Positions 1 through 9,802 of a stretch of DNA of 64,000 nucleotides are shown here, one piece after another. A program made the translations under genes and the position numbers. Where the stretch lies: NCBI GenBank assembly GCA_963664195.1, contig OY760907.1, forward strand, positions 2,144,001 to 2,208,000, given 5' to 3'. The number at the start of each line of letters is the position of its first letter. The first letter of the stretch is position 1. Source of the stretch: an uncultured candidate division Zixibacteria bacterium. GTDB lineage: Bacteria; Zixibacteria; MSB-5A5; GN15; FEB-12. The notes below the pieces were generated by a model. That model saw only the letters and a list, made by a program, of their open reading frames with translations, was not told where the DNA came from and did no database searches.

Positions 1-2
1 AG

Positions 3-3000
3 GTCGTCCAGCGTACCGTTACGAAGGGTCGCATAGAGCGTGTAGAAGGTAAGCGTGTCAGTCGGGGCCAGCGTGTAGTCATACACGTAGGTGAAGAAGG
101 AACCCTGGTCAGCCAGCGTACCCTGGCCGGTGATGCCACTGGTGGCCACGGTAGTGCGCCACAGATCGGCATCCGGCTCGTACTCGCCATCCGGATCATC
201 GAAATAATCACGGACCGCAACGCCCTGGGCACTGTGGAAGGCCAGGTTGTTGGCGGAGTCATTGGCATTGAACTCGGCGTTGGTGTACCAGCCGAGCATA
301 GCCTGAGCGGCATAACGATTGGTGTTGGACTGGCAGCCATCATGGCCGGTCGTGTCGGAGCCCTGCAGATACAGGAACATGCCGCCGGTGCCGGACGGGG
401 TAGTACCGCCAGAAATGTTCTCGGAACCGTCATCGGCCGGGACATCCCAGTCGATGGCATCACCGAAGGTGACACCGGTGTGAGTTCCGCCGTCACGAAC
501 GTACAGCTTGGACTCAACAACGACGAAGCTCGGATTGCCTACGCTGGAGTTGTGATGAGTAATCACGCGACGGATAACGCCGAACGCGGTGTCACGGCTG
601 ACCATGGTGCCGGTCGAAACGAAACAATACTCATCATTGATGCAGCCGCCCGCCATCGGGATTTCCGGATAAGGATCGAAGCTGCAAACGTCAGCCTGGT
701 TGTCACGATACAAGGAGGTCGTGATGGCGGTGTTGGTACCGTCGTACTCCAGGATGAACGGGGAACCGGAGAACATGTAGACCGTAGCGGTGCTGTCGCA
801 GTCGCCGCCGTCAACCGTGAAGTCCATGTTCACGCCGCCTTCGCCACCCATGCCGAGTTCACCAAAGTTACTGACGGCGAGAGCGATATTGTCGCCAAGT
901 CCGAGAGCGCCCTTGGAATCCCAGGCAGTGGAGGTAGCGACGGTGTCAAAGCCCCACTCTTCAACTTCATCAGCGGCCACCATGTGGATGTTAATGATGT
1001 AGATCGGGGTATTGTCAGCGTTAGAGTTGATAGTGACAGTTCCGTCGAGCCAGTTGTCTCCCGTGAGGGAGGTCGGGTCGATTTCCATGTCAAAAGTCAG
1101 GGTGTTGCCCACGCCAGCCGGAACGGTGGCATCTGAGATAGACGTGCTCAGCCAGCCGGTGGCGGTTCCGGTTTCGTTGGCAACGATGCTGGAGATTTCC
1201 AGATCCAGGTTGCCGTCGTTGGTGACGGTGACCGGATAGACTACTGCAGCGGAGTTGAGAACATAATTCGGCCAGACGAGATCGCCCTGGGAGACATCAA
1301 TGATGGCCTTACCAACCTGTGGTACACAGGCCATACGCAGCCAGCGGACAGCGTTGAAGCTGGCCGGATACACCAGACCATCGTGGTCATTGGTCCACCA
1401 GGCTGACGGGTATTCATCGTCAATGTAGGTCAGGTTCAGCCACTTGTCGCCAGCATAGGTGCCGCCGCCCGGGACAACTTCGTTCGTCGGGAAGACGAGA
1501 CCGCCGGTCTGCTGGATCGGCTGGGCGGACATAGAAACCGCATACTCATCGCCACACGCGCGACCGGAATCCGGCCAGCAGGTGTCAGTGATGGTGTTGG
1601 TCAGGTTGCGTGCCGGATCCCAAAGGAGACCGTTGAGGCCGGTAGAAACACTGACGAAGATTTCCCAGTTGCCGTCGCAACGGTTGTCGTTCAGACGCTC
1701 ACCCTGACAATCCAGAGCGTGACCGAGAATCGAGTCCGCAAAGGTCGTGTCAACCAGCGGATCCATTTGGTTCAGCTTGGAGTGAATCTGACCCCAAACC
1801 GTATACAGATGGTTATCGCACTGGGCGAGTTGACAGTTGGTGATGTACTGGGCATCAAACAGGTTCGGTCCGAAGCCGCACTGGTAGACGTTCCAGTCCA
1901 TCTCAGCATTCCAGAGAGTCTGGTCGTAGGAACCGTCGGCAACCTTCACGATCGTACCACCGGCATTGGGGCCGGCAACGGTACGGGACCAATGAAGAAT
2001 GTCACAGTTGAAGTCACCCCACTCATCAAACAGAGTGCGCGCGTCATACGGATCGATCGGGATCGGCATAGCCGTGAAGACAACGTGCAGGTCATTGTTT
2101 GAGTCGTAGATGGCGTCCATGTCTTCACCCCAGGACAGAGAGTAGCTGTTGGCCGTCTCTGTGCCGTCATGGACGAAGCTCGTGACGTTGGTCTTGGGAC
2201 CCCAACTAACACCGTAGTCGGAGGACTCACGGAGGTACAGGTCACCGTCAAGCCAAGACTGCTCGGAGATGCCAGTAGCAGAAAGGTGACGATACAGAAG
2301 GGCCACGTCGCCGGAGTTCTGGTTGGCAACAACTTTGCGGCCAGAGAACAGGATGGTGGAATCGATGAGTACACCGTTGGTCCAGGTTCCTGCGTCAAGA
2401 TCACCGACCTTGCGGAAATAGAACAACTGGATAGCACCCCACGGACCACCGTCGAGGCTACCGGTACGACCGTTTTCCATACCAAAGACGTGGGTGATCT
2501 TGTCGGTACCGTTCATCTGTGTGGCGATCGACGGAAGCGCAAAGCCGGTGGAATCCGGATCTGCCCATCCTGACACGGCCGTATAAGTGGTCTGCGGCAC
2601 GTAAGCCGTAAGCCAGTTACAGTCGTGCGGGAATTCCTGATAATAGAACGTGTGATTCGGGACGACGTCGCCGCTCTCACTGTCAAAGCCGTCCATTACC
2701 ACGAGGCCATCCGGGAATACTGCGATACCCGGTGTGCTGCCGCCGTTTTCGGAAGCCTGCAACAAGCAGCCGATGTCCTGGGTCTGTGGCCAGGAGCCGT
2801 CGGTGGCGTCGTAGACGTTGTATCCACCGCGTCTCACCGTGCCGGAATCAGTATCCGGAGCATCGGTGTAGACAAAGTGAATGTCAGCCATGCCGGTGCC
2901 CTGAGTGACAGCGACGTGGTCGTCAACTTCATCAGTCCACTGGTAATCATCATAAGTGTGATCAACGACTTCACCGAAGCCAGGGGCTTTGGTCATAGCA

Positions 3001-3221
3001 GCGCCAAGCGGAATCCAACGAGGTTTTTCCTCGGCATTCCGGTTCGGAGCGAGCTGATCAAGATTAGTAACCGCGACTTTTTCCATAGTCGGGAACTGGG
3101 CAAACGAATCCATACTCTTGGCGCGTTTGCTCTCAGTAAGCGATGTGGAGAAGACGGACGCGGTCAGCACCATGGATAGCAGTAGCGCGAAAGCTACAGT
3201 AGCAAGTGCCTTTTTCGTCAT
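3..3221 (-). CDS. Large secreted/surface protein, >1070 aa, truncated by the window edge
   Basis: ATG at 3221 preceded by AAAGGGA; signal peptide MTKKALATVAFALLLSMVLTASVFS. The same frame read open wherever I translated it (e.g. WDPARNLTNT near 1600, DTLTFYTLYATLRNGTLDD at the edge). Not every codon was checked. Missing from the ORF track because there is no stop inside the window. Confidence 0.9.
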   Translation of the reverse strand, partial: MTKKALATVAFALLLSMVLTASVFSTSLTESKRAKSMDSFAQFPTMEKVAVTNLDQLAPNRNAEEKPRWIPLGAAMTKAPGFGEVVDHTYDDYQWTDEVDDHVAVTQGTGMADIHFVYTDAPDTDSGTVRRGGYNVYDATDGSWPQTQDIGCLLQASENGGSTPGIAVFPDGLVVMDGFDSESGDVVPNHTFYYQEFPHDCNWLTAYVPQTTYTAVSGWADPDSTGFALPSIATQMNGTDKITHVFGMENGRTGSLDGGPWGAIQLFYFRKVGDLDAGTWTNGVLIDSTILFSGRKVVANQNSGDVALLYRHLSATGISEQSWLDGDLYLRESSDYGVSWGPKTNVTSFVHDGTETANSYSLSWGEDMDAIYDSNNDLHVVFTAMPIPIDPYDARTLFDEWGDFNCDILHWSRTVAGPNAGGTIVKVADGSYDQTLWNAEMDWNVYQCGFGPNLFDAQYITNCQLAQCDNHLYTVWGQIHSKLNQMDPLVDTTFADSILGHALDCQGERLNDNRCDGNWEIFVSVSTGLNGLLWDPARNLTNTITDTCWPDSGRACGDEYAVSMSAQPIQQTGGLVFPTNEVVPGGGTYAGDKWLNLTYIDDEYPSAWWTNDHDGLVYPASFNAVRWLRMACVPQVGKAIIDVSQGDLVWPNYVLNSAAVVYPVTVTNDGNLDLEISSIVANETGTATGWLSTSISDATVPAGVGNTLTFDMEIDPTSLTGDNWLDGTVTINSNADNTPIYIINIHMVAADEVEEWGFDTVATSTAWDSKGALGLGDNIALAVSNFGELGMGGEGGVNMDFTVDGGDCDSTATVYMFSGSPFILEYDGTNTAITTSLYRDNQADVCSFDPYPEIPMAGGCINDEYCFVSTGTMVSRDTAFGVIRRVITHHNSSVGNPSFVVVESKLYVRDGGTHTGVTFGDAIDWDVPADDGSENISGGTTPSGTGGMFLYLQGSDTTGHDGCQSNTNRYAAQAMLGWYTNAEFNANDSANNLAFHSAQGVAVRDYFDDPDGEYEPDADLWRTTVATSGITGQGTLADQGSFFTYVYDYTLAPTDTLTFYTLYATLRNGTLDD

Positions 3222-3681
3222 GTTAATATCCCTTTCGAAACACTAAGAGTTCTTGACTCTCCCTCTCTAGAGGGTAAATCAATGAAAACAACCGACCTAA
3301 GTCATCCTGCGGACGCTAGATGCACCGCAGAAATGTCAACGTTACTCTCTACTACGAATTCACCTCCCTTCACTAACAGCGACATATCGTCCCGTTTTTG
3401 TGTAATGCTCCGTTGGACATTACGGCGCATTACCGCGTGGTCAATAAAGTACACTTATGTGGTCTGTTCGACGCTTTTTGGCCGCAGTCACATGTCTACT
3501 CAAAGGTGTCAGTCCGCTTTGCTGTTTACCGGATGGGTTACCGGGTGGGAACTAGTCTCACAGGCTCCGCCGGACGCAAGCCAACTCTACAAATTGTACT
3601 AGGTGTCGGTGCAAAGATGTCGTGTCAAAGTAGTAGTATATTAAGCTCGCGATGTGACGCAATACGCCACACACACCCCCA

Positions 3682-3711
3682 ATGATAACATATCATACTG
3701 CCTGCTGTCAA
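3682..3711 (-). promoter_or_regulatory. sigma70-type promoter for the large secreted protein
   Basis: Minus strand TTGACA-N18-TATCAT with a TGn extended -10. Confidence 0.6.
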
Positions 3712-3871
3712 GGGTTTTCCTGCTTTTGAGGGGCTTTCGGTGGGCGGTTTTGTGGCACCAAACTGCGGTAGATAGCGGGCGCAGAGCAACGGCGGTCTAT
3801 CTCTCCTTGAGTAGTGCCGGTTGAGCACTATTTTAGGTTTTCTTTGCTCTATTCCTGTGTATTATGTCGCT

Positions 3872-5275
3872 ATGGATATTCCTGAGACTGTGCGCCGCAA
3901 TATCGCAGATTCTGCGATGCTGTCTGGCGGTGAGGCTGTGTTGGTGGCTCTTTCCGGAGGCCCAGATTCGGTGGCGTTGTTGCATGTTCTATGTCGGCTC
4001 AAAAAGAAGCTGAAATTAGATATCACGGCAATGTATATCAATCATCAGATGCGCCTCAGGGCAGCCCGGGCGGAGGAAGAGTTCTGCCGGCAACTGTGTG
4101 AAGGACTGAAAGTTAAGCTGATTATTGAGCGACACGATGTCCCCTCGGTTGCAAAGCAGTCCGGGAAGGGGTTGGAGGAAGCTGCACGCGACATTCGATA
4201 CCAGGTATTCGAGCGCATGATCGGAGAGTATGCTTTTGATCGAGTGGCTCTTGGGCATCACGCCGACGACCAGGTAGAAACGGTCCTGTTTCGGCTATTC
4301 CGCGGTACCGGGCGCTCCGGGTTGACCGGCATTCCCGCTGTGCGAGGGAATTACATCCGCCCACTTCTGTCGCTTCGGAAAGCGGAAATCCTTGACTATC
4401 TTAATGTGAACGGCCTTGAATACTGCGAAGATCGCTCCAATGCCTCCCTGAAGTATCGTCGGAACTATATACGACACAAGCTCATCCCGGCGGTCCGCAA
4501 GAACCTCAACCTGCGGGCTGGCGAGGCAGTGTTGGCGATGGTTGACACTGTCTCAGCCGAGGAGCAGTATCTTGAGGGGGTGGTGGCGCGACATTGGCGA
4601 AAAATCGTCGTAACCACGCCGGGTGAGAAATTAAACCTTGATTTGCAGGCTCTTTGCGGTTATGATATATGGTTACGCAGGAGACTCTTAAGGCGTTGTC
4701 TTGTAGAGACTTGTCGGAGCGGGAAGGCCCCGGCAAGAGAGGTCGTTGAACGGCTTGATCGTTTTGCCCGTTCGCCAAAGGGTGCAATCTCGTTGCCGCA
4801 ATCGGTGCGGGCCTCGGTTGTTGACGGCAGATTGCTCATATTCAGGGTCGAACCCAGATCGTTGAATATACCCCTCGTGCCGGGAAAGAGGTTGGTGTTT
4901 GACTGGCCACATCTGTTCTTCAAGTCGCGGGTTGTTTCGCGCGGTGATGCGCCTATAGAGAAGCATGCCCGGGCGCGGCGTGTCACGCTGGATTGGGACA
5001 AGCTCGAAGCACCTTTCACCGTGCGTTTGATCCGGCCCGGCGATAGATTCGTACCGTTGGGAATGTGCGGACACAAGAAGGTAGGCAACTATCTTACGGA
5101 TCGTAAGGTATGCAGGGAATACCGGGACGAGATTCCGGTCGTTTGTGACAACAGGGGAATCGTCTGGCTGACCGGTTTTGAGATTGCCGAGCGGGCCAGG
5201 GTGGATTCCAAAACCAGGAAGGTGCTGACGATTGAGTACGGTGTCAGAAAAGGATACGGTCGCTCGACCTTTTGA
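3872..5275 (+). CDS. tilS: tRNA(Ile)-lysidine synthetase
   Basis: SGGPDS PP-loop, GHHADDQVET, RPLL, DRSN, C-terminal TilS domain; start moved to ATG 3872. Confidence 0.95.
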   Translation: MDIPETVRRNIADSAMLSGGEAVLVALSGGPDSVALLHVLCRLKKKLKLDITAMYINHQMRLRAARAEEEFCRQLCEGLKVKLIIERHDVPSVAKQSGKGLEEAARDIRYQVFERMIGEYAFDRVALGHHADDQVETVLFRLFRGTGRSGLTGIPAVRGNYIRPLLSLRKAEILDYLNVNGLEYCEDRSNASLKYRRNYIRHKLIPAVRKNLNLRAGEAVLAMVDTVSAEEQYLEGVVARHWRKIVVTTPGEKLNLDLQALCGYDIWLRRRLLRRCLVETCRSGKAPAREVVERLDRFARSPKGAISLPQSVRASVVDGRLLIFRVEPRSLNIPLVPGKRLVFDWPHLFFKSRVVSRGDAPIEKHARARRVTLDWDKLEAPFTVRLIRPGDRFVPLGMCGHKKVGNYLTDRKVCREYRDEIPVVCDNRGIVWLTGFEIAERARVDSKTRKVLTIEYGVRKGYGRSTF

Positions 5276-5783
5276 GTTGCTTCTGGATCAGAAGCGGATC
5301 GAAAAACGGATCAAGCAGCTAGGCGAGAAGATCACCTCGGATTATCAGAACCAGTCGGTGGTGTTGGTGGGCATTTTGAAGGGTTGTGTGGTGTTTCTCT
5401 CAGACTTGATGCGCCACATCAAGCTGCCGATTGAGCTTGAGTTCATTTCGGCTGCCTCTTATCGCAAAGGTTTGAAGCAAGAAGATGACATTATTATCGG
5501 TGGTGGTGTTGCGGTCCCTTTGAAGGATCGACACGTGTTGATCGTTGACGGCGTGGTTGATTCGGCTCGCACCGTGTCCACAATTATCAGTCGGCTTCAG
5601 AAAGAGGAACCGGCGTCGCTTGAAGTTGTTACTCTTCTTGACAAGCCCGGCAGTCACCGTTGCAAGGTTGACCTCAAGTATAAGGGGTTCACGATCGGCA
5701 ACGAGTTTGTGATCGGTTTTGGTCTGGACAACACGCAGCGCTATCGTAATCTGCCTTTTGTCGGACGCCTGGTCGACCGATGA
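5232..5783 (+). CDS. hpt: Hypoxanthine phosphoribosyltransferase (divergent PRPP motif)
   Basis: GILKG, ASY loop, LLDKP, FVIGFGLD, RNLP; tilS-hpt-ftsH synteny. Confidence 0.85.
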   Translation: MSTVSEKDTVARPFELLLDQKRIEKRIKQLGEKITSDYQNQSVVLVGILKGCVVFLSDLMRHIKLPIELEFISAASYRKGLKQEDDIIIGGGVAVPLKDRHVLIVDGVVDSARTVSTIISRLQKEEPASLEVVTLLDKPGSHRCKVDLKYKGFTIGNEFVIGFGLDNTQRYRNLPFVGRLVDR

Positions 5784-5870
5784 GTACTAAGATAAGGGTG
5801 ATAGGCTGAATTAACTCACCCTGAAGGCGTATAAGAGTAAACGGAAACTCGAATACTTGCTGGAGAATAA

Positions 5871-7904
5871 GTGAGCAATTTTGATATGAACCGAAATCGC
5901 CGTTCCGGCGGTCCCGGAGGCAACGGGGACAAAAAAGAGCCCCCGCGCTGGCGCAACTCGAGCCGGTCGCTCCTGATATGGATGGCCGTGTTTCTGTCGA
6001 TGTTCGTCATCTGGCAGTTCTTTGCGGATTTTGACCAGGACTCGGTGGAGATTGTCTATACTGAGTTTAAGCAGGAAGTCGTCGACGGCAACGTTGCGGA
6101 AGTGACTTTCACTGACAGGGAGGTCGAAGGACTTCTGCGCGAGGCGAAAACCTTTCCCTCATCTCGTGGCTCCCAATCGACCAAGCGATTTCGTACGCGA
6201 ATCCTCTCGTTCACAGACACAAACAGTGATTTGGTCAAGCTGCTGGAAGAAAACAACGTTCGGATAGCGGCCCAGATCAAGGGCGTGGATTTCTTCTCCG
6301 TTCTGATTTCTATAGCTCCCTGGCTCATTCTTATTCTGATTTGGCTGTTTTTCCTTCGTCAGATGCAGGGTGGAGGCGGTCCGAAGGGCTTGTTCTCATT
6401 TGGCAAAAGCAAGGCGAAACTGCTGACCGATGAACGCCCGCGGGTGACTTTCAACGATGTTGCCGGCGCCGATGAGGCCAAGGAAGAACTCGGAGAAATC
6501 ATCGAATTTCTCAAGGAGCCGGGTAAGTTCCAGAAACTGGGCGGCAAGATTCCCAAGGGCGCCCTGCTGTTGGGGCCTCCGGGAACGGGCAAGACTCTGC
6601 TGGCTCGTGCAATTGCGGGTGAGGCGGGTGTGCCGTTTTTCTCGATGTCCGGTTCGGATTTCGTTGAGATGTTCGTTGGTGTTGGTGCCAGTCGCGTGCG
6701 CGACCTGTTTGAACAGGGGAAGAAAAACGCCCCGTGCATTATCTTTATCGACGAGATCGACGCGGTAGGACGCCATCGCGGTGCGGGGATGGGCGGTGGT
6801 CATGATGAACGCGAACAGACATTAAACCAGTTGCTGGTTGAGATGGACGGTTTTGAGTCCAACGAGGGTGTGATTCTGATTGCGGCTACGAACCGCCCGG
6901 ATGTACTCGACCCCGCGTTGATGCGGCCCGGTCGATTCGATCGCCAGATTGTTGTTGGCTCGCCCGATGTCAAGGGACGCGAGGGAATTCTGATCGTGCA
7001 CACGCGCAAGATCAAGATGGGCGACGACGTCGATCTCGATGTTCTGGCCCGGGGAACACCGGGAATGTCCGGTGCTGACTTGGCCAATCTTGTCAACGAA
7101 GCGGCCTTGCTGGCTTCCCGGAGAGACCGTGAATCCGTCATGATGGAAGACTTTGAGGAAGCCAAGGACAAAGTCATGATGGGTGCCGAACGCAAGTCGC
7201 TGGTAATCAGCGAAGAAGAGAAGAAGGTGACCGCTTATCATGAGGCCGGTCACACACTTGTGGCTCGTTTCCTGCCCAAGGCCGATCCCATTCACAAGGT
7301 GACCATCATTCCGCGCGGCATGGCCCTCGGGTTGACACAGTCGCTGCCGGTTGACGAACGCCACACGCATTCAAGAGATTATCTGGTTGCCAATCTGGCG
7401 GTGTTCATGGGAGGTCGTGTTGCCGAGAAACTGGTTTTTGATCAACTCACAACCGGTGCCGGAAACGATCTGGAACGAGCGACCAAACTGGCGCGGAAGA
7501 TGGTCTGTAACTGGGGAATGTCCGACAAGCTCGGGCCAGCCACATTCGGAAAGACCGAGACACATCCGTTCCTTGGAAGAGAATTTCACCAGAGCGGGCG
7601 GGAGTACTCGGAATCGACTGCGGTGCTAATCGATCAGGAAGTTCGCAAGTTCATCGAGGAGGCCGAGGACACGGCCGAGAGGATTCTCACGCACAATCTG
7701 GACAAACTCCAGGCCCTGTCAGAGCTGCTTCTCGAAAAGGAAGTGATGGATAGCCGTGAGGTGGATGAGGTCCTTGGTTTTCCGGCCAAAAAAGAGCGGC
7801 AGGTGGTCAAACCGGCCTTGCCGGCAAACCTGAAACCGGTACAGACCATGGAAAAGCCGGAGATCAAACCGAAGCCGGGGTCGGAACTGGGACTGCAATC
7901 TTGA
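5871..7904 (+). CDS. ftsH: ATP-dependent zinc metalloprotease FtsH
   Basis: Two TM helices, [42 protein letters not shown]. Confidence 0.98.
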   Translation: MSNFDMNRNRRSGGPGGNGDKKEPPRWRNSSRSLLIWMAVFLSMFVIWQFFADFDQDSVEIVYTEFKQEVVDGNVAEVTFTDREVEGLLREAKTFPSSRGSQSTKRFRTRILSFTDTNSDLVKLLEENNVRIAAQIKGVDFFSVLISIAPWLILILIWLFFLRQMQGGGGPKGLFSFGKSKAKLLTDERPRVTFNDVAGADEAKEELGEIIEFLKEPGKFQKLGGKIPKGALLLGPPGTGKTLLARAIAGEAGVPFFSMSGSDFVEMFVGVGASRVRDLFEQGKKNAPCIIFIDEIDAVGRHRGAGMGGGHDEREQTLNQLLVEMDGFESNEGVILIAATNRPDVLDPALMRPGRFDRQIVVGSPDVKGREGILIVHTRKIKMGDDVDLDVLARGTPGMSGADLANLVNEAALLASRRDRESVMMEDFEEAKDKVMMGAERKSLVISEEEKKVTAYHEAGHTLVARFLPKADPIHKVTIIPRGMALGLTQSLPVDERHTHSRDYLVANLAVFMGGRVAEKLVFDQLTTGAGNDLERATKLARKMVCNWGMSDKLGPATFGKTETHPFLGREFHQSGREYSESTAVLIDQEVRKFIEEAEDTAERILTHNLDKLQALSELLLEKEVMDSREVDEVLGFPAKKERQVVKPALPANLKPVQTMEKPEIKPKPGSELGLQS

Positions 7905-7935
7905 CCTACTGACGGCTCCCGATAGTCGTAGAATC

Positions 7936-7970
7936 AGCCGCCGGACTTTGACAGTCCGGCGGTTTCTTTT
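7936..7970 (+). terminator. Intrinsic terminator after ftsH
   Basis: AGCCGCCGGACT-ttgac-AGTCCGGCGGTT followed by TCTTTT. Confidence 0.85.
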
Positions 7971-8043
7971 GGCCGATTGCGTAGAGGTCTTGATCTTTAC
8001 GGGTTGATTCCGGACTCGATATTCAGTACCATGGATTAGACCT

Positions 8044-8931
8044 ATGAAGCACAGGCAGACATTTACCAAAACCGAAGAGATTAAACCGGTTATCCCGTTT
8101 GCCGACGGCAAACAACTGCCGTTGTCACGCCCTCTTATAATGGGGATTCTCAACGTGACACCGGACTCGTTTTCCGACGGCGGCAAGTATGTTATACGCG
8201 ATCGGGCGATTGAATACGGTCTGGCGATGGTCAACGAGGGTGCAGACATCATAGATGTTGGCGGCGAATCGACCCGGCCGGGAGCAGAGCCTATAGAGTC
8301 TGAAGAAGAGATCGTGAGAGTCATCCCGGTGGTTGAAGCGATACGTTCAACCAGCCCGGTGAGGATTTCTGTCGACACATACCATGCTGCCACCGCTCGT
8401 GCGGCAATTGAGGCCGGGGCCGATATTGTCAACGATATTTCGGCGCTTCGGTACGACCCGGAAATGGTAGCGGTTGTAGCCGAGAAGAAAGTGCCGGTGG
8501 TCCTGATGCACATGCGGGGGACGCCGCGTGATATGCAAAAAGACCCGTCGTACGTTGACTGTGTGGTCGAAGTTATGGCCTTTCTTCAGCAGCGTGTTGA
8601 CTATTGTCTGGAGCATGGGATTTCCAAGACCAAGGTGATTGTTGATCCCGGAATCGGGTTCGGCAAGAGGCTCTCTGACAATCTCCAGTTGCTGTCTTGT
8701 CTGCCGCAGTTCAAGGAGTTCAACGTGCCGCTGCTCATAGGAGCTTCACGGAAATCGTTCATCGGGATGCTTCACCAGAGGTCGGATTCTGATCCGGCCC
8801 GTCGTCTGGGCGGATCGATAGCCGCCGCGGTGGCGGCAGTGACCGCAGGCGCCGATATACTACGTGTACACGATGTCGGCCCGACGGTGGAGGCACTCAA
8901 AGTCATACAGGCGATAAGGAACGTACGGTAA
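8044..8931 (+). CDS. folP: Dihydropteroate synthase
   Basis: MGILNVTPDSFSDGG, GGESTRPG, DPGIGFGK, SRKSF, RVHDV. Confidence 0.97.
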   Translation: MKHRQTFTKTEEIKPVIPFADGKQLPLSRPLIMGILNVTPDSFSDGGKYVIRDRAIEYGLAMVNEGADIIDVGGESTRPGAEPIESEEEIVRVIPVVEAIRSTSPVRISVDTYHAATARAAIEAGADIVNDISALRYDPEMVAVVAEKKVPVVLMHMRGTPRDMQKDPSYVDCVVEVMAFLQQRVDYCLEHGISKTKVIVDPGIGFGKRLSDNLQLLSCLPQFKEFNVPLLIGASRKSFIGMLHQRSDSDPARRLGGSIAAAVAAVTAGADILRVHDVGPTVEALKVIQAIRNVR

Positions 8932-8934
8932 ACC

Positions 8935-9690
8935 ATGCTGAGCTACGATTTTCTCAATTTCAGCATCAAGGATCTGATCGATGTCCTTCTGGTGTCGTTT
9001 ATTATTTACCAGGTGTTGAAACTGACCCGAGGCACCCGCTCGGCCCAGATTATCATCGGACTCAGCCTGCTGGCCGGAATCGCCTTCATTTCCTACTGGT
9101 TCCAATTCGAGGGCCTCACGTGGCTGTTTTCCACGCTGGCGACGTTTGGCATCATCGTTTTTGTAGTGGTATTCCAACCGGAGCTTCGCAGCGCACTGGC
9201 TCATATCGGACAGAACCGGTTGATCCGGACGTTCGTGACCCTGGAGCAGACCAAGACTCTTGAGGAGGTTGTCCGTGCAACACTTCGTCTGGCTGAACTT
9301 GGTTATGGCGGCTTGATCGTGATTGAGCGTCGGACGGGGCTGCGCAATTTTGCCGAGACCGGCAAGGAGATGAACGCCGCTCTTTCCTGGGAGCTGCTTG
9401 TTACGCTGTTTACGCCGTACACGCCGCTCCACGATGGGGCCGTGCTGGTGTCCGGTGACTACATAACCGCCTCGGCAGCCTCGCTGCCGATAACGAGCAA
9501 CGAGCGATATCGCAAATTGTACGGCATGCGTCACAAAGCGGCCATAGGTGTCAGCGAGGTGTCGGACGCGGTGGTGGTAGTGGTGTCCGAGGAAAACAGC
9601 GGTATTTCGGTGGCTTGCAACGGGATTCTGGAGTCGAATATACCCCGCACGGAATTCCGGGATCGGCTGGCCGATTATCTCAAAAAGTAG
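8935..9690 (+). CDS. cdaA: Membrane diadenylate cyclase (CdaA/DacA)
   Basis: Three TM helices, FQPELR, PLHDGA, GMRHKAA, VSEE. Confidence 0.92.
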   Translation: MLSYDFLNFSIKDLIDVLLVSFIIYQVLKLTRGTRSAQIIIGLSLLAGIAFISYWFQFEGLTWLFSTLATFGIIVFVVVFQPELRSALAHIGQNRLIRTFVTLEQTKTLEEVVRATLRLAELGYGGLIVIERRTGLRNFAETGKEMNAALSWELLVTLFTPYTPLHDGAVLVSGDYITASAASLPITSNERYRKLYGMRHKAAIGVSEVSDAVVVVVSEENSGISVACNGILESNIPRTEFRDRLADYLKK

Positions 9691-9802
9691 GCTGCCTTAA
9701 GGAAAGCACGTGCAGCGCTTTCTCCGGTTTGACTTTTCCCGTCAAAAGACATACCTTCGCCAGTCCTGATAACCCTTTGGCCGGATAGACCCAGTAGCGA
9801 GT

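Noticed and set aside
234..3179. Plus-strand ORFs 234-1136, 1719-2102, 2169-2573 and 2625-3179
   Set aside because: Antisense shadows of the codon-biased minus-strand gene
3500..3560. Possible c-di-GMP riboswitch in the long leader
   Set aside because: Only GCAAAGC matches; the P1/P2 architecture is not evident
3753..3766. TGGCAC...TGC sigma54-like site
   Set aside because: GG-to-GC spacing is 9, not 10; sites near 48760 (11) and 48843 (9) fail likewise
5796..5821. Possible c-di-AMP (ydaO) riboswitch near GCTGAAT
   Set aside because: The spacer is too short and the other conserved blocks are missing
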